Positions 10,775 through 23,465 are shown, counted from the first letter of the whole stretch. The stretch: DNA of 63,772 nt, filler included, from Octopus bimaculoides (GCF_001194135.2; 7 parts of 7 records of this genome joined end to end with filler, not necessarily neighbours in it); one strand, 5' to 3'. Notes: generated by a model from the letters alone, not told the origin. Made by a program: numbers and translations.

Positions 10775-13700
10775 ATATATCTATATATATACACACACAC
10801 AAATATATGCGAGTGCGGGCTTGTGTATGTGTGCGTGCGTGTCTTTGTGTATCTGTTTGCTCCCATTACTGCTTGACACCTAGTGTTGGTGTGTTGAAGT
10901 CCTCCTACTCGAGCGGTTCGGCAAAAGAGTCTGATACAATCAGTACCAGATTTAAGAAAAAAGTACTCGGGCTGATTAGTTCGAGTAAAATTTTTCAAGG
11001 TAGCGCCCCAGCAAGGCGACAGTTTAATGACTAAAACATGTAAAAGGTAAAAGACACACACAGACACACACATCCGTATCTGTTGCGTCCCTTCATGTCA
11101 AACGTTTCTTAAACAATTAACGATTGTAGATTGTTAAAATAATAGACATTGTTAAAATTAGTATTAGCCAGACTGCAACAAGTAATGAGGTCAATATATC
11201 GTCTAGGAAAAGAAATATGAAAGAATTTCTTAATGGCCGTGCTCCAGCATGGCTCAGTCTACCGACTGAAATTAGTATAGAAGTGTGTGTTTGTGCGTGT
11301 GTGTACATAGCATAAATGAACACATATGTAAAATAAAATAAAAACAACAATAACATGTTTGTTGCTCCTCTTATTTTTCGAATGCTACTTATACATAATT
11401 TACTTTATTTAATATCTGAACCTGTTCTGGCTTGAAACAATCTACTTGAACATTTTATTGATAGATGGCAGACAACCAAAAATTAGATATAATACCAAAT
11501 GAAATACGAGCCAACGAGCCAACTGGAAAACCTCTTTTAAATGGCTGCTTGATCTACGAAGAGAAACAGTTAAATCTTCCGTAAATTACGTCCTAACGTC
11601 TTAAAAACAAAGAAAAAAGAAAAAAGAAAACAAAAACTAAGTAACCAAAAACAAAATCGAAAGATATATTGTATAGGGCACTCCTAAATACACTACATTT
11701 TAATAAAATACAGGATGGTTACGATGGGACCGTTGGAAGGAATGAAAGACAACACAGAATAAAGGTTTGGACTTAGAACGAAATGAGATGCAAATAAAAT
11801 TAAGTGGCTGTGGATTGGTAGAGTCGGTAAAGAAGCGGAGAAATGTTGTATATCCCTATGTGTCTACTTTCTGAGTTCAAATCCCACCGAAATCAATTTC
11901 ACCTTTTATATCTAAAGGGTCGATAACAAGTATCTTAATATCTTAAAAATAGGAAGGACATGTTGGATAAAGTAGTTCTTGGTGCACTATGTCTGAAAAC
12001 AATGTGGGTCGGTTACAATGGATTTTCTACTAGGTTACCCTAACTGTTAGAGATATTAGCGATAATCTTCCTAAAGCTAAATCAAATAGTGAAAGACGTA
12101 TTGCATTTAGTCCTAGGTATATTAAAGTCTTAGATATATTAAAAAATACTATTAGGCTGGTTTAAAAAGAATACAGGGGATTGAACTGTAATAATGAAAT
12201 GAAATATAGTTTCAAATAAGTAAATGAAATATATGAACGAATCTGAATGATGTTTGAATTTTTTTTAGTTTCGAGTTCAAAACTTAAGAATGTTATCTGA
12301 CATTTCAGTATTGATTTCTAACATTAGATATGGTTCCCTAATTTTGTGGATTGCAACAGAGATAGTTCACAAAAGAAATGAAAGGCAAAGTAGAATGCGA
12401 TAAAATTTGAACGAAATAAGATGCAAATGAAAATGGCAGGCAGTAGGTTGGCGTAATTCCTATAGCAAATCCCGTCAAAGTCCTCTTCACCCTTTATTAT
12501 TCCAGAGTCGATATCAAGGTAATCTCTTCAATGCTGTACCGAATTCTATGATCTGGTTTTTAATAATTATTTTTGTATTTTCAGATAATATTAGGAATGT
12601 CCGTTTGCTATGAAGTATGTATAAGTTAAAGTTTCCGGCACAAGTAGTTGTTAAAGGTTAACACCCGAAGTGATAACACCACTTTCTGTTTCTTTCTAAT
12701 TCTTCTGATGAAGGCCTAGCGCCCGAAACATTAGATACTTATCTCCCAATAGCAGTTGAATTTCTCGATTTGTTATTGAACATTTTTAGGATTCTCACTT
12801 AGGCACAGGGTCATACATTTTCTGTGATGGCTATATTTTTTATATCGATCTCAGAGCTTGAATAATCCAATATAACTACATCGATGCTTGGAAGAATGAA
12901 TGGGATTTAAACTCAGAACGTAAAGGGAAGTAACTGAATATCACAAAATATATGGTCGGACATTCTACTAATTCTGTCAATCCACCAACCTTCTGCTTTT
13001 AAATATTATTGAGAACTGAAGAGCGGTGAACTGCCCAAAGCTGTAAAGTGGTGAACAGAACACCACACGGCTTTAAGTTACGTTTCTGTACGTTCTGTGC
13101 TCACATACTTTTGAGATTGACATTACTTTTCAACCCTTTGAATCTAAAAAATAAGTATCAGTTTATATCAACTATATTCCTCTTTCAAAATATCTAACCT
13201 ACCTGCTGGAAATGGGAAGACCGTAGACTGGTAGAATCGGTAGAGCAAGAAAAAAATATTTTGCTGTATTTAGTCAGGCCCCTGCTTTCTGAGTTCAAAT
13301 CACTGTATGATTAACTTCATTTTACTTAATCCTTCCTAGGTCTATAACATAAGTAACAGTGAAACACTGGGCTAATATAATCGACTCTAACTTGACCACA
13401 AAACTGTGATCCTTTGCCTATCTTAGTTAACATTTAGCTACTGCTTTTATACTGAATGCAAATACAACGCGATAAACAAAAATATTGGAACGAGAATGTT
13501 GGGACGCTTCTGATCTAAAGTACATTTGATTAGAGATGACTAGGGGTTAAACAAGTATATCACACGGTTGTGTGCAACACATACTTGGCTAGTCCATATT
13601 CTTTATAGTGAGTTTCTCTACACGCTTTATTAATTGAAATCACTGACACTAATCTAACGACGCCGCGTCTATCACTAACTTCAGCCGAAAGAATATACCG

Positions 13701-13914
13701 TGATTACGTTTTTACCAGTGACTTGACGAAAGGCGGTTCCAATTGGTAAACAATTTGGATCACTTGATTAAGAGGGTTCAGTTTTACAGTTTGTGAAATC
13801 GCGTCAGATTTATAAAACAAACAAAAACAAACAGAACACACCATATTCATATTGTGACTGTTATTACAAAGGGAACTTGTTTATTTCTCATTAAGTCAAT
13901 CAGTTGATAAAATA

Positions 13915-15060
13915 TTGGGTCATCCCATAAACAATGCAGTTTTTTATACTTCTTTTATTTTTCAAAATTAAGATCAAGCTCTTATTTTAATCTAAAATAT
14001 ACTCTCTCCTTCATTTTCTACAATGCTCTTCTATCTATCTGGTAGACTTGCAAGGCCCTTCTTCCAAAATTCACTGGTCCGTGATGAAAAATACACCTCC
14101 AGTACTGTTCTGATCTCGTCTACAGAATTCCTATTTTTTCCGTTCAAATGATTTTGAAGACTGCGGAATAAATGATAATCAGATGGGGTAATGTTCGGCA
14201 AATATGGTGAGTGGGATATCGTTTCCCAATCAAACTGCTCCAGCCTTTCGAATGTCATCCTCGCTGTATGTGGCTGATGGAAGAATACCTTTCGATTTGA
14301 TACCAAAGATGGTCGTTTTTCTTCTAGCGCTGACTTAAACCGCTCAAGCTGCTCGCAGTAGATCTCCTTTGTTATCATTTGGTTTGGGTTTAAATGTTCA
14401 AAGTGGACTAAACCTTTCATATTCCACCAAACAGATAACAACACTTTACGTGGGTGAAGATCTTCTTCAGCCTGGAGTGCCTGTGTTTCTCCTTTCCCTA
14501 TCAACTGTCTTCGGAGCTTGACATTTTTATAGAGAACTCATTTCTCGCCACCAGTTACTATTCAGTCCAAGATCATTCGTGACAACAAAGAAGAGCGCAC
14601 ATTCACTCTCTGCGCGCGATTAGACTTGGGAAGTTTGTGCAGAACCCATTGACCCAATTTGCTGACTTTTCCGATGGTACGCAGGTGTCAATGAATGAGT
14701 GAATGATCAAATCCAAGGTTCTCTGCTAGTCCTTCAGTTACGATGGGATTTTGTTCCACCAGGGTGTGCAGGATGTCCTCGTCGAGCTCCACAGATCTTC
14801 CAGGACGAGACTCGTCTTCTAGGCTGTAGTTTCCGGCTCGGAATTTCTGGAACCACCGTTGAAACTGGTTTACGCTTATTGTCCGATCCCCATCTACTGC
14901 ATTAATATGCCTCGCACTTTCCTTTGCCTTGTTGCTTTCATTGAACTCACGAAGCAAAATATGCCCAATATGCTCCTTTGTCTCTTCCATTATAGCTTTG
15001 AAAAAATAACTGTTAAAATCGAACTACACTCTTCAAAACTTGCACTAAGAATAAAGTTGA
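13915..15060 (-). mobile_element. Mariner transposon, frameshifted, one TIR retained
   Basis: N-terminal HTH ORF (WFQKFRAGNYSLEDESRPGR) and catalytic ORF ending PSDYHLFRSLQNHL. TA then TIR TTGGGTCATCCCATAAACAATGCAG at 13915; the other TIR is absent. Confidence 0.9.
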
Positions 15061-16790
15061 TTTTTTATTGCCCACCTGGGGCGACATAGAGGGGACAATA
15101 TAAGGACATGTGGGGACATATAGCAAATTTAAAACAATGAACAAAAGCGTATGTTACAGTAAAAGACAAATGAAAATTAGAAATGAAATGAAGTTTTCTC
15201 AGCCCCATCTCTGAGTTACTTCATTTTTACCTTTGTTCATATTTTCTTTTTGTACTTGGTACCTTCCAAGATGTGGAAACCGTACTCCTTTATTAATTGC
15301 GTGTAATCCATGTTCCATGGTAATTTTTCAATATCTAGTTCGATTTCCCACATTTTAAATCCTTCAAATTTTAAAACTTTTTCCTTCTGGTCCTCGTCCA
15401 ACAACAGGCAGCAAAACCACTCTTGCACATTGTCGAACTTGCGAGTGTCCACCACTCTTATCTTTTTCCACGTTTTTATCTCCTCACACAGATCCTTATT
15501 AGTATTGTCATACATAATTGCAAAGTTACTTTTGCTTTTTTATTCGGGAGGTGCAGAGGTTGAACGGCTTGTGTCTGAATGTATTTCTTTGTGTGTTGGA
15601 GGGGGGCGGGTAGGTTCAGTGTTTGTAGGGAGCAGGTGGGAGGAAGAGACTGTGGGTGGGGTGGGTGTCTGTATTTTACCTGGTTTCCTCCTTTTTCTTT
15701 TCATTTTCTTACCTGGTGTCACAATTCGCCTTCTGTTCCGCTTGTTTCTGCTGGTGGTGGTGATGGTAATTTTTCCTTTTGTCTTACCGCTCCTTCCTTC
15801 CCCTTTTTGTCTTGTAGAGGGCAGTTTGCTGTAATGTGGCCTTTCTGCCCTCTACTCTAACTACCATTATTGCATCGTCAAATGCTATTGTTTCTGGCAA
15901 TTCTTCTATTATTTCTTTCGGTCCCTGTATCACCATGTTTAGGGATTGACCCTTCCAATTTCTTGTTCCCGTCTTAGTGGCCTGGAGAACTGCCACCGTT
16001 ACTGAGCAAGACAGCGGCTGCTATCCATGCTACATCAACTTCTAGGGAGATTCCCTCTACGCTGACCCTTATGGCACGCCTTCCACGATATATCGGCAAC
16101 ATCACCACTTCATCGGTTTTTAATATTGTTGCCGTGTTCAAATTTGTAACGGTTGCATCCCTAACTTGTACTTCAATTGGTCCAAATTTACTCCCTCTTG
16201 TTATGTACTTGATTTCCTTCCAGACTGGCCTTGATGCTTTCTCCACTTGATTCGTCGTCATTTCGTCAATTCTTCTTGAGACTACAGAGTTTGTCTTATA
16301 TGTTACCATGCATTCCATCCTGTTAATAATTATATCCAATGGAGTTGTCACTTCCACTTTAGTTCCTTCCCTTTTCATCATTTTTGAGTAGTCCTTCCAC
16401 TCGTTCCAATCCATACTCTACTCCGATATCTTTGCCACCTCTGCGAAGCTTCTATTTTGCCTTGCTTTTTTGTTCATGGTAGTCCATGAAATGTCCAATT
16501 GCTCAGAATCGGACAACTCTGTATCTGCTGTCTGAAAATCTGATGTCTTCTATTTTTATACTTGGCCTATCCTCCTATATAGGAGGGAAAGCACAACTAG
16601 ACGGCCACAAGGCAGCAAAAACCAAAGTGTTCAGCGAACATAACAACAATTCAAACAACAGTGCAACAATATTTAAACAACAATACAACAGTAATACGAA
16701 CCAAACTCTTCAAAAATGCACGAAGAATAACAACAAGGTAAAATTACTACCTAATTTTTTAGCAAGTTAATGCAGGTAGCTTAATGCAGG
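15061..16790 (-). mobile_element. ORF1-only L1/Tx1-like non-LTR element, decayed
   Basis: Frameshifted gag-like ORF from about 16490 to 15237 with zinc-knuckle remnant GQKGHITANCP and an acidic/basic linker. Short 3' UTR ending AATAAAAAA; no endonuclease or RT. Confidence 0.55.
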
Positions 16791-17039
16791 ACGGAAAAAC
16801 CCCCCCAGAGAAATGGTACACAAATATAAATGCAAATAACAGGATATCTACAACAGGTGTCTTTCGACTGAGGACGAGTTAAATTAAGCTGGCGTGTGTG
16901 GAGGTAAAGCCTTGCGGCAGGGACATAGGTTTTGACGGGTACAGTGAGGAATATAGATGTTGCACGGATGGTAGTCGAACCAAGAAAGAAAGGTCAGGCT
17001 TGGCCGAACACCGGTTACATGGGGAGAGAAGAGATTCAT

Positions 17040-17424
17040 GTATATATATATATATATGTATATGTATGTGTATGTATGTGTATGTATGTATGTGTATGTA
17101 TGTGTAAGTATGTGCATGTATGTATGGGTATGTATGTATGTGTATGTATGTATGTGTATGTATGTATGTGTATGTATGTGTATGTATGTATGTGTATGCA
17201 TGTATGTGTATGTATGCGTATGTATGTGTATGTATGTATGTGTATGTATATATGTGTATGTATGTGTATGTATGTATGTGTACGTATGTATGTATATATA
17301 TGTGTGTGTATGTATGTGTATATGTATCTATGTGTATACATATATATGTATATATACATGTGTGTGTATATGTATATATACATATGTGTATATATATGTG
17401 CATATATATATATATATATATATA
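17040..17424. repeat. Compound (TATG)/(TG)/(TA) microsatellite
   Basis: Read directly. One of many such tracts, e.g. (CT)n at about 19888-19970, (GATA)n at about 21820 and 60740, (TATG)n at about 41350-41400. Confidence 0.95.
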
Positions 17425-18221
17425 NNNNNNNNNNNNNNNNNNNNNNNNNNNNNNNNNNNNNNNNNNNNNNNNNNNNNNNNNNNNNNNNNNNNNNNNNNNN
17501 NNNNNNNNNNNNNNNNNNNNNNNNNNNNNNNNNNNNNNNNNNNNNNNNNNNNNNNNNNNNNNNNNNNNNNNNNNNNNNNNNNNNNNNNNNNNNNNNNNNN
17601 NNNNNNNNNNNNNNNNNNNNNNNNNNNNNNNNNNNNNNNNNNNNNNNNNNNNNNNNNNNNNNNNNNNNNNNNNNNNNNNNNNNNNNNNNNNNNNNNNNNN
17701 NNNNNNNNNNNNNNNNNNNNNNNNNNNNNNNNNNNNNNNNNNNNNNNNNNNNNNNNNNNNNNNNNNNNNNNNNNNNNNNNNNNNNNNNNNNNNNNNNNNN
17801 NNNNNNNNNNNNNNNNNNNNNNNNNNNNNNNNNNNNNNNNNNNNNNNNNNNNNNNNTATATATATATATATATGATTTGAACCTGAGATATAAACTAATG
17901 AATCTAATAACAAAATGATTTTGTTTCGTGAATAAAAACTCCCAATAACTCTCATGGTTTAGTAAACAGAAAAAGAAAGCAATAAAGAAAATTAATTTTT
18001 TAACTTATAATACTTACGTTAAGTTGAAATTCCAAAAGCTACATTGCGGTTTTGAAAAATTCTATGCAAAAAAGAAAAAAAAACTCCAATAAAATAAGAA
18101 TATTGATTGTGTAGGAAAATATGAGAACTAGGTTACACATTTATAGGAAAAATATAGGAACAATGCTACATGTTCATGGGGAAAGATCTATCCAGATGAT
18201 TATTACTTATTCTATGGGTAC

Positions 18222-18257
18222 TTATTTCAACACAGCTGGTCTATAATTCATCCTCTC
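18222..18257 (-). CDS. Candidate terminal exon of the IF gene
   Basis: Very strong acceptor TTTTTTCTTTTTCTTCTCCAG on the minus strand. Phase 0 gives ERMNYRPAVLK*; phase 2 gives xRG*. No homology support. Confidence 0.35.
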   Translation of the reverse strand, partial: ERMNYRPAVLK

Positions 18258-18412
18258 CTGGAGAAGAAAAAGAAAAAATTGACCTCGATTTAATATAAAT
18301 TGAGATTATATAAGAATCTATACCTTCATTTGGCTTGTCAGGATATGCATGACATTATGCTAATCGCTTATAGAAATTTATAGTGCAATTAACACTTGGA
18401 TAGGTCAATATT

Positions 18413-18791
18413 TGTTGGCACTCCGTCGCTTACGACGTCGAGGGTTCCAGTTGATCCGATCAACGGAACAGCCTGCTCGTGAAATTAACGTGCAAGTGGC
18501 TGAGCACTCCACAGGCACGTGTACCCTTACGTAGTTATCGGGGATATTCAGCGTGACACAGTGTGACAAGGCTGACCCTTTGAATTACAGGCACAACAGA
18601 AACAGGAAGTAAGAGTGAGAGAAAGTTGTGGTGAAAGAGTACAGCATAGTTCGCCACCATCCCCTGCCGGAGCCTCGTGGAGCTTTAGGTGTTTTTGCTC
18701 AATAAACACTCACAACGCCCGGTCTGGGAATCGAAACTGCGATCCTATGACCGCGAGTCCGCTGCCCTAATCACTGGGCCATTGCGCCTCC
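18413..18791 (-). mobile_element. Full-length tRNA-derived SINE with 11-bp TSD
   Basis: Reverse complement of the 5372 family. AGGTCAATATT at 18402-18412 and 18792-18802. Confidence 0.9.
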
Positions 18792-19303
18792 AGGTCAATA
18801 TTAATCAGCTGAATTAGCGTATGAGTATAAGTACTGGCAACCTGAATGAATGGATTCATTAATAGTAGTACTGCACAGCGAGAGAGTAAGTAGCAATATA
18901 AGGTAAATTTAGGAGCACGTTTTTATTATAAACACGTTTAACTTCATTGTAGAAAGTAGTTATTCGTTAAGTAACAACTTTGATTACTTTCAATGTTCAT
19001 TAAGGTATCAGAAATCGGCCACTTATTTCTGTCTAATGATAAAACAGTAGCTTACAGCTATTTGCAGTACACACAAATAAATTGGTCAGCCAACAGTCTA
19101 TATTTTACGCAGCAAGGTGAAATTTGTGCTCAATAAACACACAAGATCATAAGTTTACTTGTATAGTACTTCTATTATGCAATTAATCAATAATTCCAGT
19201 TTTTAACATTTGTACCGTTATGCAAATTAGGCACATCAATCTGATCGCTATGAAATGTTTCTATTAGCAAATTTTTAGATTTTATATCAGTATGCAAATT
19301 AGC

Positions 19304-19564
19304 TTAAAGATATAGGATAAAGATACTTCCCGGAACATGTTGACTCATATGGCCGGTTTCCAGGTTTCCATGGTGAATATATTCCCTACCTGGACGGGGC
19401 GCCGGTCCGTCGCAGAATTACTCATTTTTGCCAGCTGAGTAAATGGAACAATGTGAAATGGAGTGTTTTGCTCAAGAACACAACGCGTCACCTGATCTAG
19501 GAATCGAAACCATATCTTATGATCATGAGTTCAACACCTTCACCACTAGGCCACGCGCCTCCAC
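19304..19564 (-). mobile_element. tRNA-derived SINE with TSD ATGCAAATTAG
   Basis: tRNA-like head at the right end; same family as 58262-58535. Direct repeats at 19292-19302 and 19565-19575. Confidence 0.8.
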
Positions 19565-19887
19565 ATGCAAATTAGACAGATCAGTTTTGTTCTTTCCGAG
19601 TTTGAGTTATCCGATACATTGCTACAAGCTCCTCTTCTGTTGGTGGATAAGAATGAGAAACTAATCTTTGAAAAGGCGTCAGTAAGTACTGAAACTATTA
19701 ACGACAATTTCTTTTTCTGGCCTCTGATAGTAAGATAGTTGATTTACCAACAATATCTACTTTTAAATGCTTACTAAAAGCATAGGTTCGTATGCTTCGT
19801 GCTTGTTTGTATAGCTCTATGCAAATAAGCAATCACTCACATCCACACCGGCACCCATTTATCTCCCACACATACGTGCATATGCAG

Positions 19888-19975
<88 letters not shown>

Positions 19976-20479
19976 ACGCGTGCACGCGTGTTTATGTTCT
20001 GTCTCCGCCATTACGGATATAAACCTAAAATGACGTCTTGGGTTCCTATCTTTATCATTTTTTAATATTTTACTTGTTTCAGTCATCGGATCGCGGCCAT
20101 GCTGGGGCATCGCCTTAAAGGGTTTAATCAAAAAATGATCCCACTATTCATTTCTTTTAAGGCCTGGTACATAATATATCGTCTCTTTTGCCTAACAGCT
20201 AAGTTACAGGATGTAAAAAAACACCGGATGGTGGGGGACAAACACGAACTCAAAGACACATCCGCATGCATGCATGCATGCAAAAATACATACTTACATG
20301 CATACATACATAGACAGATACACACGCGCGCGTGCACACAGACACACACACACACACACACACAACGGGCTTTCAGTTAGCAACACCACTCAAAGTTTCT
20401 TATTTCCTTATTGCCCACAAGGAGCTAAACATAGAGGGGAAAAACAAGGACAGACAAAGGAATTAAGTCAATTACAACG

Positions 20480-20640
20480 TCCCCAGTGCGTAACTGGTAC
20501 TTGATTTATCGACCCCGAAAGGATGAAAGGCAAAGTCGACCTCGGCGGAATTTGAACTCAGAACGTAACGGCAGACGAAACACTGCTAAGCACTTCGCTC
20601 GGCGTGCTAATTTTTCTGTCAGCTCGCCACCCTATTTCTG
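20480..20640 (-). mobile_element. SINE (GGCGGCGAGCTGGCAGAA-head family)
   Basis: Near-identical copy at about 36590-36735; decayed copies at about 11800-11930, 32560-32650 and 62040-62330. Confidence 0.8.
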
Positions 20641-21257
20641 TCTAGCAAAACCACTCTCAAAGTTTCTGCCAGCTCGCATATATATATTGCCGCAGAAAAT
20701 TTATCCATTCTATACATAGAGATATATAAAACGAAAGCGCCGCACTAAAATATATAGTGAGGTTCGATATAATTATCCAAAATTCCCTGAATACAGTGCC
20801 TAGCATGAACTCNNNNNNNNNNNNNNNNNNNNNNNNNNNNNNNNNNNNNNNNNNNNTTAATTAATTAANNNNNNNNNNNNNNNNNNNNNNNNNNNNNNNN
20901 NNNNNNNNNNNNATATATATGAAGTATGAATTTCTCTCAAAGGAAAAATAATAAACAGTTCCTATAAAAATGCTGACTATATCGCTTTTCTTAATATATA
21001 GTTGTTGCACACCACCATCACTAAATTTATACACATAAGTACATGTATATGTATGTATAAGTATAGATTCTTAATACCGAGGACAACGGAAAATGCTATT
21101 GACCAAACATACACCAGCGTACTCACTGACATTTGGGTACACAAATATATATATATCGTAAATCCTCAAAAAAGAACAACAAACACAACAAAACAACAAC
21201 GTAAGGACGTGGTACATGTAAAGTATTAGCAGACGCTCAGGGAAAGAAAGAAAGATG

Positions 21258-21292
21258 GTTTAACGTTTCGAGCGACGCTATTCTTCAGAAAC
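21258..21292 (-). ncRNA. Minimal hammerhead motif of Penelope-like type
   Basis: Minus strand GTTT|CTGAAGA|at-AGC-gtc-GCT-c|GAAACGTT|AAAC: 4-bp stem I and palindromic AACGTT stem III. It sits in a repeat family also present at about 24865-24960 and 40630-40720. Confidence 0.55.
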
Positions 21293-21817
21293 AGAGGAAA
21301 GTCCAATACAAAGGAAGACGGAGAAAGAAAATCGCCAACCATTCACATGTGGCTGCATTTTGATATATATATTAATTTGTGTGTGTGTGTGAGTGTGTGT
21401 GTGTGTGTGTTTGTGTAGATATCTATCTTTAAATATATATATAAATATCTCTATGTAAATGTACATATCTCTCTCTCTCTATATATATATATATATAAAT
21501 ACATGTGTGTATTTTCCCTTTATATATNNNNNNNNNNNNNNNNNNNNNNNNNNNNNNNNNNNNNNNNNNNNNNNNNNNNNNNNNNNNNNNNNNNNNNNNN
21601 NNNNNNNNNNNNNNNNNNNNNNNNNNNNNNNNNNNNNNNNNNNNNNNNNNNNNNNNNNNNNNNNNNNNNNNNNNNNNNNNNNNNNNNNNNNNNNNNNNNN
21701 NNNNNNNNNNNNNNNNNNNNNNNNNNNNNNNNTATATATAGCTATATATATGCACGTATATGTGTGTATGTATTACGGTATATGTGTGAGTAGGTATCTA
21801 GCTACCTAGCTAAATTT

Positions 21818-21851
<34 letters not shown>

Positions 21852-21869
21852 TTATGTAATGTTCCTTAC

Positions 21870-21989
21870 CTGAGTTTCGTATCCGCTTAATCTACCCGAC
21901 ATATCGCCCGATTCCATACGTGAACGCCTATTTTCACTCGAGACTTGAGCAACCATTTCGGGCTTGGCCCCTGCTTTCAGTTTCTGCAT
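21870..21989 (-). CDS. Intermediate filament exon 5 (L2, coil 2B start)
   Basis: Acceptor with T10 tract ...CCCTCAATAG and donor CAG|GTAAGG; 120 nt, phase 0-0. MQKLKAGAKPEMVAQVSSENRRSRMESGDMSGRLSGYETQ. Confidence 0.82.
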
Positions 21990-23300
21990 CTATTGAGGGT
22001 GAAAAAAAAAAACTATAATTAAAAAACTTTTTTTTATTTTTCACATTTGCCAATAGTGAGGCGAATTACAAATGGTTGGAATGTTGTCCAAAACTGATGA
22101 GGAGGAAACTTGGCTTGAGAAGGAAAAATTACACAAAAAATTCTTTGACTCCCCTTCCATCTCCAAATGATCTGAACGAGGATTAGGGTGAGCTGAAAGC
22201 AAGAATGCCTCTATTTAACAAATTCAAATTTGTATACTGTGTATACAGCCTGTTTCCTTAACTTGAAAACGCGACCTCATTGGTTAAATGGAGTCAATGG
22301 TAAAGGTTACTTGCCCAGTTTACCATGATATGGGATCGAATTCGTTTTCATCATATAGCACTGACAGATATATTTATGAGGGGAGAGTGTTAGTCGAATA
22401 AATTCGATCCAGTATTTGACAACTACATTATTGCATGGAACAAGGATATATTTTCAAATTTAAATATAAACAGTCGGTGCAGATACTAGGAAGAAGTTTA
22501 CAATAAGTACACATCCACCTTTGCGAGTTACTACCTACCTACATACATATGAACGTACGAATTTATACATGTACTTATTTGACAGCCTTCAATAAAACTG
22601 TTCAGCTAGCATGGTGAGTTATGGTGAAGGATACTTGCCCAACGCATCATGCGATGAGATCGAACTCTTATGGCTGTGATATATTTATGAGTGGATCAGA
22701 GAAGCTATAGATAATTTCAGAATCGCGTTACATTATGCTGTGGCAAAGCTGGACGAAATGCAATGCATATCGATCAATATGAACTTAATATCCAGGGCTT
22801 CCTTCGTATGGTCATAGATTATACAAAATTCGCTTTTGTGTTTTAATCGACAAAATGAATCATGAGCAAATTTGAAATGCCATGTTTCTGGCTTTCTAGG
22901 TGAGAAATTGTTAAGATACACAAGCTCTTTCTAAATAAAGTACCAAATTTCCTTTCGTTATGCAAAAACAATTAGAGGACGAGCAGTAAAATCATGTATA
23001 CGCAAATGATAAATAAAGGCAAAACACAAGTCACACTTCCAAATAATACACAGTTCAAACTAAAGAAAATCATAATAGCAATGGATATATAACATCTCGA
23101 CATGGTTGGTATTATTGGACAATATGTTGAAACATCTATACAGTCTGACAGTAACGATTCTACGTTGTTTAAATGTTTCGACGGAAACACAAACAGACTG
23201 CTTTTTTTAAAAAAAGAATAGTGTATTTGCTAGCAACTGCGTAGCAGCAGAACAGTTTTAAAGTTTTCAAATATATTTAATCGTCTATATATTTCTTTAC

Positions 23301-23465
23301 CTGTTCTGCATGACGACATTCCATCGACGCAGTAATTGTATTCAACTGAGCCTCATATTCAGCGCTTAAGTCAGCAACCATATCTCCAATTTCGGCCTTC
23401 CATGATTCTTGGAAGTCGGGTAGCTTCTGTGTTTTGGATAACATTGCTTGATATTCTTTGCATTC
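23301..23465 (-). CDS. Intermediate filament exon 4 (L12, coil 2A)
   Basis: Acceptor TTTGCAG and donor CAG|GTAAAG; 165 nt, phase 0-0. ECKEYQAMLSKTQKLPDFQESWKAEIGDMVADLSAEYEAQLNTITASMECRHAEQ. Confidence 0.88.

Noticed and set aside
16879-17955. Long His/Thr/Tyr/Ile or Val/Cys/Met ORFs and all X-rich ORFs
   Set aside because: Translations of microsatellites and N gaps, with no splice or domain support.
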